A DNA stretch of 64,000 nucleotides from Eledone cirrhosa (lineage: Eukaryota). The stretch is from positions 31,868,001-31,932,000 of the forward strand of contig OZ024740.1 of NCBI GenBank assembly GCA_964016885.1, written 5' to 3'. The notes under the pieces are model-generated. The model was not told the DNA's origin. It ran no database searches and worked only from the letters and a program-made list of their open reading frames with translations. The translations under genes and the position numbers were made by a program. Shown here one piece after another: positions 38,362 to 52,267 of the stretch (the stretch's first letter is position 1; each line of letters starts with the position of its first letter).

Positions 38362-38964
38362 TGTCGGGTCACCAGTTGGTGCTACTGGTAACATGTATCC
38401 CAGTACAACCTGTCCCATGGTCGGGTCGTTGGCGACTAAACTGGCAACCCTACCAAGGTTTCTTGGTGAGGAGGGTGACTTTGGACATCCTGCCGGACTA
38501 AAAACTGTCAAAGGGCAAAGGAGCTCTTCAGAGTCAATGGCCATCCAAAATCACCGGGAGAGATAACCCCTTAGCCTTTATCAAGGCAGAATTCTAGGAG
38601 AAGGAAAACTCTGATATAACACCTGCAACCCTGATGGTATCCAATGATGTTGACTTGTTCTTCTTTTGGGTAAATATCATCTTCGTTAAGAGAGTGGGAC
38701 TGGCTTTGTGCAGTGCCTTTGCTCACTATAAAAGCTTCACGGCACAGGCATTGCTTTATATCTGGAGATCTCTCTGCACTTGTCCTCACATGGTACCATG
38801 GGCCCAGCACTATGTGTCAATAATTGTCACAAGTGTAGTGTTTGTACCAGAGTTTTCAAGTCACTGGCTGGACTAAAAAGTCACACTCGTTCAGTGCATC
38901 GGTAGGCTTTCTCCTACATGGATATAAAGTAGTGGCCGTACTCGAAAACGAGTTGGCAGCCACC
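38362..38964 (+). mobile_element. Bipartite non-autonomous RTE derivative (5'UTR-like part joined to a C2H2-finger 3' end)
   Basis: RTE-type 5'UTR motif GGAGAAGGAAAACTCTGA; 3' part encodes [25 protein letters not shown]; terminal hairpin CTCGAAAACGAG; embedded in TA arrays. Confidence 0.65.
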
Positions 38965-39105
38965 ATATATATATATACACATGCATATGTATGCATGTAT
39001 ATATATATATATACATATGTATGTATATATATATATATATATATATACACATACATATGTATGTATGTATGTATATATATATATACACATACATATGCAT
39101 GCATG

Positions 39106-39143
<38 letters not shown>

Positions 39144-39446
39144 CATATGTATGCATGTATGTATATATATATATATACACATACATATGTATGTATGTAT
39201 ACATACATATATATACACATACATATGTATCTATGTATACACATATATATATATATATATATACATATATATACACATATATATATATACATACATATAT
39301 ACATATACACACATATATATATATACATACATATATATATATACATACATATACATATATATACACATATATATATATATATATACATATATATATACAT
39401 ATACATATATATATATACATATATATACATATATATATACACACAC

Positions 39447-39477
<31 letters not shown>

Positions 39478-39510
39478 CACACACATATATATATACATAT
39501 ATATATATAC
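38965..39510. repeat. Compound (TA)n/(TACA)n microsatellite
   Basis: Direct inspection. Confidence 0.95.
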
Positions 39511-39875
39511 AACCGTCGAACAGTACATCACTGTGTGGTGCCAAAGGTCCCATCTTCTACATCTAGAATAAGGAGCAGATATTGCAATAGCCTGGGATTC
39601 AAGGGCCCTCAACTCTTCAACAAGCTGCCGAGGGATCTGAGAGATCTGCATGGTGTGGAGATGGATGTTTTCAAGAAACATCTCGACACTGCTATCCAGG
39701 ATCCCGGATGAGCCCACAGCAAGGCACGAGGGAAACCTAAGGGCAGCAGCAACGAACTCCCTCTTGCACCAGTGGCCAACCAATACAGGCGGGAGATAAA
39801 ATGTGTAGCAGCAAGGGCAGTGCCCCAGCATGGCCTCAGCCGGGTGGCTGGAACAGGTAAAAGAGTAAAAGAGTA
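39510..39875 (+). mobile_element. CR1-like LINE 3' fragment
   Basis: [19 protein letters not shown]...FKKHLD...AAATNSL C-terminal signature; tail GTAAAAGAGTAAAAGAGTA. Confidence 0.8.
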
Positions 39876-39882
39876 TATATAC

Positions 39883-39995
<113 letters not shown>

Positions 39996-40043
39996 TATAT
40001 ATATACATATATATATATATATACTTATATATATACATATATA

Positions 40044-41106
40044 CATCATCATCATTTTACGTCCGCTCTTCCCTGCTCGCAAGGGTGGGACGCGTCTTAT
40101 TCAACACAGCATCTCTCCACTCGTCACGGTCCTTCGTCATCTCCACCGTGAGCTTCAGCGATCTGAGGTCTGTTCTCACCACCTCCGCCCATATTTTTCG
40201 TGGTCTACCTCTACCACGTCTTCCTTCAACTGGCATTTCCTGGCACTTCTTCACCCATTGGTCATCCTCCATGCGCATCACATGTCCATACCACCTCAGT
40301 CTCCTCTCTCGCACACTACATTCTATCCCCTCAGACACAGTTTCTCTCTCAACACATTCATGCTGGGTCATTCACGCACATTTACACTGCACATCCAACG
40401 GAGCATGCTTGCTTCATTTCTCTCCTGCCGTCGTATATCCTCTGCAGTTGCTGCCCATGTCTCACAACCATGCAGCATCGCGCTCCTCACACAGGCATTA
40501 TACAACCGGCCTTTCGTACGCAGGGAGAAACCCTTCTTTGTCAGCAGAGGAAGCAGCTCCCTAAACTTCTTCCAACCCATCCTTATTCTAGATACTATGG
40601 CCTCGGAACACCCTCCTCCCATGCTAATCTGATCTTCTAGGTACCGGAAGCTATCCACCACTTCTATAGCACCCTCCTGCATTTGAAAAATGTGTCTATC
40701 AATGCGACGTCTACTGTCTAATTTCCCTGTACATCTACTGCACACATATTTCTCCCTACCTGTTAGTTTGCCTGTTACCCTGCTACATCTCTAGCCAGAA
40801 TTTATTCTCTACCTCCTCTACTGATTCTGCTATAAGAACCAGATCGTCAGCATAGAGAAGTTCCCATGTTTTGGCTTCGAGGACTATAATGAACAAGAGC
40901 GGGCTGGGAACCGAACCTTGATGTACTCCTACTTGTATCTGGAATTCCTCACTAAACTCCATTCCTACCCTGACTTTACTGAGAGTAACTCTGTACGAAG
41001 TTTGCACTGTCCTCACAAGCCATTCCTCAACACCTAGTTTCCTTAGGGACCACTAGATGACAGCTCGGGGTACCCTATCAATGGCCTTCTCTAGGTCAAC
41101 AAAGGC
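40044..41106 (-). mobile_element. RTE-clade LINE family B, 5'-truncated with internal deletions
   Basis: [35 protein letters not shown] across broken frames; short 3'UTR. Confidence 0.92.
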
Positions 41107-43040
<1,934 letters not shown>

Positions 43041-44914
43041 TTGCAAAAAAACACAAAATCACTGGCTCTACTGTTGGCCCTCTAATTGATGAAAATGGCA
43101 CTCTTCAAGACAATGCTAAAACCATGGGTGAGATACTGCAGAAACAATACTGCTCTGTTTTCAGCAATCCTGATATGGCCGATCTGGGCTGTATCGGCGA
43201 TGTTAGTCCCCATTACACCTTATCGGACATAACGTTTGGCGCCCCTGATGTCTTAGCGGCAATAAAGGAAATCAAGCATAATTCAGCAGTAGGTCCCGAT
43301 AGGTTCCCTGCTTGTGTCTTGAAGGCGTGTCAACACCAACTTGCATCTCCTCTTGCCAATCTGTGGCGGAACTCACTGGATGCTGGATATGTGCCAGAAA
43401 ACCTTCTATCCCAGTCTGTTGTCCCAGTTTTCAAAAAGGGAAACAAATCCCTTGCCGTGAATTACCGTCCAATCTCACTCACCTCTCATATCATTAAGGT
43501 ATTTGAGAGAGTGGTGAGATCGCGAATGACCGACTTCCTTGAGAGTAACAATATGCTGAACTCCAACCAGCATGGATTCCGTAATGGAAGGGATTGCCTG
43601 ACGCAACTACTACATCACTTTGATGACATTTTGAGAGCCTTGGGAGAGGGTTCCAACACTGATGTTATCTACCTTGATTTCAGCAAGGCCTTTGACAGGG
43701 TTGATCATAACATTCTACTGAGAAAGCTGTCCAATATTGGTGTCACTGGAAAGCTGCTGCAGTGGATCAAGAGCTTCCTGTCAAACAGAACCCAACATGT
43801 TGTAGTTGAAGGAGTCAAATCCAGCCCAGCCAAAGTCAGTAGTGGGGTCCCACAAGGCACTGTGTTGGGCCCACTTCTCTTCATCATCTATATTAATGAC
43901 ATCACTGACATCATCAAACACAGCAACATTAAAATTTTCGCTGATGATTCCAAGCTCCAAAAGGTCATCAATGGCGTGAATGACCGGATAAGCCTTCAGT
44001 CAGACCTACTGGCTGTTACCCAATGGGCGGAAAAGAACAACATGTTACTGAACGAAGACAAATTCGAACTGATCCACTTTGGAAAAGAGGATGCTCTGAA
44101 ACTCCCGTACTCCCTTCCCTCCGGGGAAACTCTCGTGGCATCTAACAACATCAGAGACTTGGGAGTAACCGTGGACAGCAACATAAGCTGGACCACGCAT
44201 ATAAGCAGCAAAGTTGACATGGCCCGCAGAATGTGTTCCTGGATCCTCAGAACCTTCCAGTCGAGAGATTCCCACACCATTATCCTTCTCTTCTCTACTT
44301 TTGCCCGACCACACCTTGAATACTGTTGTCCACTGTGGTCTCCCCATACGAAACAAAGTATCATGAAACTTGAAGCTCCTCAAAGGGCAATCACGAAAAA
44401 GATAGATGGCATCTCAGACCTTGACTACTGGGGTCGACTAGAAAACCTGAAACTTTACTCACTCCAACGTCGCCGTGAGCGTTATATTATCTGCATGATG
44501 TGGAAAATGTTCCATCATCACTGCCCAAATGATGTTGGCATCGCCTTCAAGATACACCCAAGGCTTGGGCCCCGTGCTATCCGTCCCATTCAAAAATCTA
44601 AATCGCAACTCATAACAACAATACGGCACAATTATTTCACCTCAATCGGCCCTGCTCTCTTCAACATCACACCAGGACACGTCAAAACAGAAACTGACCA
44701 CACAAAATTCAAGAAGTCTTTGGACAAATTCCTCCAAGTAATCCCGGACAAACCACCCACACCCGGATATGTCTCCGCAAACAGTAATTCTCTTCTCGAA
44801 TGGGCCATGGTGCCCAAATCCTGAATTGAAAGACTTCGCCAGGTGGTGCTATTAAGTTAGACATGGCCTGGGCCAATACTGGCCAAAACATTTCAAAGTT
44901 ATTCTTCAAAGTTA
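43041..44914 (+). mobile_element. CR1-like LINE, 5'-truncated; RT frame open to stop at 44824
   Basis: [59 protein letters not shown]; tail TTCAAAGTTATTCTTCAAAGTTA. Confidence 0.93.
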
Positions 44915-44975
44915 CATACATATATACATATATATACATACATATATATATATATACATACATATATATATATAT

Positions 44976-45008
<33 letters not shown>

Positions 45009-45057
45009 CATACATACATACATATATATATATATACATACATATATATATATATAT

Positions 45058-45126
<69 letters not shown>

Positions 45127-45133
45127 TATACAT

Positions 45134-47110
45134 ATATTGAAAGGATAACAAGGACCATTGGTTACTCCTTCATTACATTTATTGATAGGTGACGCGCGTT
45201 TCGCCACTGATCAGCTCAAGGTTCGATCTGTTTCAATCCTACCCGACTCAATAATCGGCGGCTCGACGGACCCTCTTAAAATGCTATAAGAAAATGAAAT
45301 ACATGCTATGTGGTAAAGTCAGAGTTTCAAGAGTTTGACAAAATGAGTTGTTTTGATTGGTGGGAAGGATCAAAGGGATTACTGGCCTGTAGAGTATGTG
45401 GGGGTGGATGTGATGATGAGATGTTGGTGACGGTCGGTGGATGAGATGGGCTGTGGTGTGGTGGTGGTGGGTTGGCCTTGGCCTGTAGAGTATGTGGGGA
45501 TGGATGTGATGATAAGATGGTGGTTATGCTCGCTTACTGGGATGGGCTGTGGTATGAGGTAAGTGGGTTGTCGGTAGACAGGTTGGCGTGTGTGGGGGTG
45601 TGGTGTTGTTGTTTATGGTAGTGGCGTTCGTGGTGGTGTGGTGGATGTGTTGGTGGTGTCAAGTCCTTACGGAGATACATAGCTAGACGCTCTTCTTCTG
45701 ACAAATACGTTGTATATATGTATACACACACACATATGTATATATGCGCACATATATTGATGTATAAACACACACAAAACACATACGCACACCCTCGCCC
45801 ACACATATCGACACACGCGCATACACAGCCATATGTATATATACACACATGTGCGCGCATGCGGACACAAATATGGAGAGTGGGAGAGTATTGGTGGGGG
45901 TGACGAAGGACAAAGATAGAGGGAAGGTGAGAGGCAATGGAGAAGGTGTTATACATATATACATACACATACATACACTCATACGGATATGGGCACATAC
46001 AAGCACACACACGTATACAAAATATACACATACACACACACACACATACACACACATACACATACATGCACATATACGCGCACACATACATACACACAGA
46101 TTCACCTATATACATATATGTAGACATACATACATACATATATATATATATGTGCACACATATATATATATATATATGCGTACACGCACGCATATTTATA
46201 CACCTGTATATGTAAAAAATACTTACCCACAGATACACACACTTGCGTTGGTTCGGGAGTGGAGGTATGTGTTGGCAGTGTTGATGAAGTATAGAGTTGT
46301 GTCTTGTGATATACATATGTGTGTGTGTATACATATATACAACGTATTTGTCAGAAGAAGAGCGTCTAGCTATGTATCTCCGTAAGGACTTGACACCTCC
46401 AACACATCCACCACACCACCACGAACGCCACTACCATAAACAACAACACCACACCCCCACACACGCCAACCTGTCTACCGACAACCCACTTACCTCATAC
46501 CACAGCCCATCCCAGTAAGCGAGCATAACCACCATCTTATCATCACATCCATCCCCACATACTCTACAGGCCAAGGCCAACCCACCACCACCACACCACA
46601 GCCCATCTCATCCACCGACCGTCACCAACATCTCACCATCACACCCACCCCCACATACACTACAGGCCAACCCACCACCACCACACCACAGCCCATCTCA
46701 TCCACCGACCGTCACCAACATCTCACCATCACATCCACCCCCACATACTCTACAGGCCAGTACATCCCCTTGATCCTTCCCACCAATCAAAACAACTCAT
46801 TTTGTCAAACTCTTGAAACTCTGACTTTACCACATAGCATGTATTTCATTTTCTTATAGCATTTTAAGAGGGTCCGTCGAGCCGCCGATTATTGAGTCGG
46901 GTAGGATTGAAACAGATCGAACCTTGAGCTGATCAGTGGCGAAACGCGCGTCACCTATCAATAAATGTAATGAAGGAGTAACCAATGGTCCTTGTTATCC
47001 TTTCAATATATTACACTCTGTATAGCTCTACACTTCATCACAGAAGTGAACCTAAACATCGAATGCTCTCCCAAGTGAACCTGCAGTAACTCCTAGTTAC
47101 ACCCTCTGGA
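45134..47110. mobile_element. Large fold-back element (arms ~610 and ~700 bp), probably an inverted Penelope-like pseudo-LTR insertion
   Basis: 45134-45741 is the near-perfect reverse complement of 46309-47009; contains GAAACGCGCGTC hammerhead half-site. Confidence 0.7.
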
Positions 47111-47449
47111 TATATATACATATATATATATATACATATATATATACATATATATATATACATATATATATACATATATATATACATATATATATACATA
47201 TATATATACATATATATATATATACACATATATATATATATATATACATATATATACATATATACATATATATACATATATATATACATATATATATATA
47301 CATATATATATATATACACACATATATATATATATATACATATATATACATATATACATATATATACATATATATATATACATATATATACATATTTATA
47401 CATATATATATACATATATATATACATATATATACATATATATATATAC

Positions 47450-47508
<59 letters not shown>

Positions 47509-47533
47509 TACATAAATATACATATATATGTAC

Positions 47534-48781
47534 ATCATCATCATCATCATCATCGTTTAACGTGAATATTCCACGCTTGCATGGGTTTGGACGAGAGTTT
47601 TCCCACTTGAGGCAAGAGTGGTTGTCTTGCTAGCATAGGACTGTCTGGCGGGTTTTCTACGGCTGGATGCCCTTCCTAACACCAACCACATTTACAGTGT
47701 GGAACTGGGAGGTTTTTACCATGTTACCTACACAGCCACATTACAGCGTGGACTGTGTGTTTTTTTGTCGTGACACCTACACGACCTCATTTGTTTCGGG
47801 CTGGATGTTGTGGTACCAACATAACTTTACATTGAAAGGGGTGGTGTGGATGGGGTGGGGGTAGTGGGACGGGGGTGTATTTTGTTAGAGGTGCCTACTG
47901 ACTGTAGTAGGTTTCACTTTGTACTTAGGTAAGGCGGCTCTTCTCTATTACTGTGTAGCGCCAAAGATCTCGGTCCAGTGACATTGTCTTGGAGAGGTGT
48001 AAGTGTGTGAGGTCGGAATTTATCAAGTCGTCCCAGGTTTTTCTGGGTCTGCCTACTCCGTGGCTACCGTCTATTTTTATTGCCCTGCACTTATTTATAC
48101 AGCTGTCGTCTTTCATGTGCATCACGTGACCATTCCAACGTAGTCTTCTCTCGAGTAAATAACATCTGATCCCTCTTATTTCTAATTTTTCCCTTAGTTC
48201 GTTTATGCTTTGCCGTTTATGTATATTACTATTACACATCCAGCGGAGCATGCAAGCTTCGTTCCTCTCCAGTCTGCGTATATCCTCTGTACAAAATGCC
48301 CAGGTCTCACTGCCATGCAACATTGCTGTTCGTATGCAGGCATCATACAGCCTGCCTTTCATTTTTAGGGAGAACCCTTTAGCGGCTAATAGTGGTATAA
48401 GCTCTCTGAACTTTTTCCATCCAGTTCTGACTCTGGGAAAATGGGAGAAAATGGGAGAAAGACAGTCTTCCCCACATCGACCCAATTGAGGGATCAGCAG
48501 TGTTAGTCGAAGGTAGTATATTAAGTAAGGCAATCAAAGATATGAAGACGGGTAAGGCGGTTGGGCCTTCAGAAATAGTTCATGAAATGCTGAAAGCATC
48601 TGGAACGGTGGGACACACCATGGTCACCCAGATAGTAAACCAAGTCATACAGAATGGGGTTGTTCCGAAGGACTGGCATAGCAGCATCATCATTAACTAC
48701 TACAAGGGTAAAGGAGATGCCCTAGATAGGAGTAACTATAGAGGCATTAAATTAATCGACCAGGTCATGAAGGTCACAGAA
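47534..48781 (-). mobile_element. RTE family A copy with 5' inversion
   Basis: 47534-48434 is the 3' end on minus; 48435-48781 is an upstream segment (equivalent to about 8824-9157) on plus. Confidence 0.9.
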
Positions 48782-49004
48782 ATATGTATATATGTATATG
48801 TATATATATAAATATGTATATATATGTATATATGTAAATATGTTTATATATGTGTATATATGTATATATCTAAATATGTATATATATGTATATATATATA
48901 TGTATATATGTAAATATGTATATATATATATATATATATACATATATATATACACATATAAATATATATACACATATATATATATATACATATATATATA
49001 CACA

Positions 49005-49036
<32 letters not shown>

Positions 49037-49081
49037 CATATATATTATACATATATACATATATATATATACATATATATT

Positions 49082-49125
<44 letters not shown>

Positions 49126-49305
49126 TTACATATATACATATATATATATACATATATATACATATTTACATATATACATATATACACATATATAAACATA
49201 TTTACATATATACATATATATACATATTTATATATATACATATACATATATACATATTTATATATATATATATACATATATACATATTTATATATATACA
49301 TATAC

Positions 49306-49336
<31 letters not shown>

Positions 49337-49349
49337 CATATATATATAC

Positions 49350-49389
<40 letters not shown>

Positions 49390-49405
49390 ATATACACACA
49401 TATAC

Positions 49406-50269
49406 ATATTCATTAGTTAAGCAAAACAAGACCACAAGACATTATTTAAAGATTGTCAACATAGTTGTAGTTTAATGTAAGGAATGTAAGGAATAATACT
49501 AATAATGTCCGTTTACAATTGTTTCGCTACTCTATATAATGTTTCTGGATCAAATGATTATAGATCATTATTGATCTGGTTCAGATGAAGATAATTAACT
49601 TAGGTAAAAATGGAGCAGTTCATCGGAACTTCAAAAGAGATAATGAAAATATTGATAAGGAATATAAATTAAGGTAAAGAAAGATGGTTACATGAATGTA
49701 ATGTTCCATATATTGGTATTTCACTATGGTGTCCTTGGTATATCTATTGTCTGCCATAGGCGAGCAATATTCTTCTGCCGAGGCTGCATTATGCGAGATC
49801 TGCCAATGGGTAACAAGATGGCCACCTAAGAACATATTTATCTTACTAATTAAAGGCTGGTTTCAGGGGAAGTAACTCCATTTTTACCTAAGTTAATTAT
49901 CTTCATCTGAACCAGATCAATAATGATCTATAATCATTTGATCCAGAAACATTATATAGAGTAGCGAAACAATTGTAAACGGACATTATTAGTATTATTA
50001 TTATTCCTTACATTAAACTACAACTATGTTGACAATCTTTAAATAATGTCTTCCTTGTGAAATTTGTGGTCTTGTTTTGCTTAACTAATGAATATTTCCA
50101 GCTCTGTGCACCTAATCTCTGCATGAACCCAGCCACCTAGCTGCTTTCCACTGCATATTGCACATTGAGCACATGCCTTTACGCTTTGGCTTCTAACTAA
50201 TTCACCAATCTCTCTTCTCCTCTCCTATCTCCATCTCTCTCTTTAAGATTGGTTTACTCTTGAACTGTG

Positions 50270-50270
<1 letters not shown>
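49406..50270. mobile_element. Fold-back non-coding element (arms ~210 bp), probably Penelope-derived
   Basis: 49406-49615 inverted at about 49875-50095; CGAAACAATTGTA half-site. Confidence 0.6.
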
Positions 50271-50361
<91 letters not shown>

Positions 50362-50401
50362 CATATATATATACATATATATATACACATATATATATAC
50401 A

Positions 50402-50570
50402 TACTGTAAATGTGGTTGGTGTTAAGAAGGGCATCCAGCTGTAGAAAACCCGCCAGACAGTCCTATGCGAGCAAGACAATCACTCTTGCCTCAAGTGGGA
50501 AAACTCTCGTCCAAACCCATGCAAGCGTGGAACACGGACGTTAAACGATGATGATGATGATGATGATGAT
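50402..50570 (+). mobile_element. RTE family A extreme 3' end
   Basis: Matches 10760-10925. Confidence 0.9.
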
Positions 50571-50676
50571 ATACACATATATATATATATATACATATAT
50601 ACATATATATATACACATATATATATATACATATATACATATATACACATATATATATACACACACATATATATAT

Positions 50677-50719
<43 letters not shown>

Positions 50720-50784
50720 TATATATACACATATATATACATATACACATATATATACACATATATATACATATACACATATGC

Positions 50785-50815
<31 letters not shown>

Positions 50816-51068
50816 AATTATGTGTGTGTGTGTATTTGTATATGTGCATGTGTGTGTATTCTGGTTTTTAGAATAGGAACACATCATCCCTGAATATTGT
50901 AAGAGGCAGCTTAAAGGGCTTTTGTCAGGAAAGACGTCTGGTCATAAAACACTGCCTTCATATGTCCCCTTGGACCCATGCCAGCATGGAAATATGGACA
51001 TAAAAATGAATGATATACATACATTCATACATACACACACACAAACATTTATTTATATATATATATCA

Positions 51069-51212
51069 TTAGCACAGATTAAAAGTTTAAGCAAAGAATT
51101 TGTACTTTCACCTTGAGTTTCAGAAGATCCCGCTTGAGGGTGAAAGCAGGAATTTTTTGCTTAAACTTTTAATATGTGCTAATAATATTTGCTCTATGGG
51201 TTTATATATACC

Positions 51213-51249
<37 letters not shown>

Positions 51250-51300
51250 ACCCTTATCGAATCCTCTCTGGATTTTGGACTTTGTATTTATTACTACTAC
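51069..51300 (+). mobile_element. Family H short fold-back with a complete hammerhead-like motif at 51116-51167
   Basis: Homologous to 37181-37770. Confidence 0.7.
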
Positions 51301-51307
51301 ACATATA

Positions 51308-51641
51308 TCATTTCATCATCATTTCACGTCCGCTTTTCCCTGCTTGCAAGGGTGGGACGGGAACTGATTCTGGCTTGATTTCTACAGCTGGATGCCCTTC
51401 CTAACACCAACCTCATTTACAGTGAGTGCTGGGTGCTTTTTTGCCGTGGCACCTCCACGACCACTTTGCAGTGGAATGATATGGACCCCAGTCCTATCAT
51501 CTCATTTCTACAGCTGAGTAAACTGGAGCAATGTGAAATAAAGTGTCTTGCTCAAGGAAACAACACATCACCCTGTCTGAGAATTGAACTCACAACCTTT
51601 CGATTGCAAGGCCAATGCTCTAACCACTAAGTCATGTGCCT
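51308..51641 (-). mobile_element. RTE-tailed CORE SINE, full length
   Basis: Reverse complement of 61101-61448. Confidence 0.92.
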
Positions 51642-52135
51642 ATTTCATAGTCTTTTCTTCATCGTTTTTCTAAAATCATTATCATTATTATTTACTCAAT
51701 CAGAGGTTTATAAGCTATTCAGTGAATTTCAGGAAAACAGCAGTTATATTTTGGAACAAAGTTTAATTTATCTTCTTGTTCCATTCAAAAGATGCTACAA
51801 GCAATTAAAAAAAATAAAAGAATATACAAATTTCTTTTGTAGTCCTGCTTATTTTCATTACCACAGATTTTAAGGCAGTACTGAAGTAATAACAGGCTAT
51901 TACCATAGCACTAGGACAGTAAGACAATATCAGGGTAATAAGAAATGAAGAACAGCTTGAATTGTACTGTCAGACAACAAAGTATCAGTGATGAAAAACG
52001 TTTTTCGAATATCTTGTCAGTGCCAGAATTTGTATTAAAAAAAAAAAAATTAAAGATAGAGAGAAATAGAAGAGTAAGCCTTATTGTGAGCACCTCACAA
52101 ATGTAGCAGGTAGATGCCTTGATAGTGTTTGAAAT

Positions 52136-52267
52136 TTAATACCACTGAACAAAATAACTGTCTGATTCACTTCGGTATGGAGTACTGTCTGAGATTCGTG
52201 TACGGCACATTGGACAAGTCTGTTCGCGGTCAAACCATAGTGACACACAATCTTCACAGAATATGTG
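52136..52267 (-). CDS. RNFT: RNFT1/RNFT2-like E3 ligase, terminal coding exon (second half of C3HC4 RING)
   Basis: ttttcag acceptor; HIFCEDCVSLWFDREQTCPMCRTRISDSTPYRSESDSYFVQWY*; compare RNFT1 [22 protein letters not shown] as recalled. Confidence 0.93.
   Translation of the reverse strand, partial: HIFCEDCVSLWFDREQTCPMCRTRISDSTPYRSESDSYFVQWY

Noticed and set aside
46335-46400. Another CAGAAGA hammerhead
   Set aside because: GAAA is replaced by GTAA and the stems cannot be placed consistently
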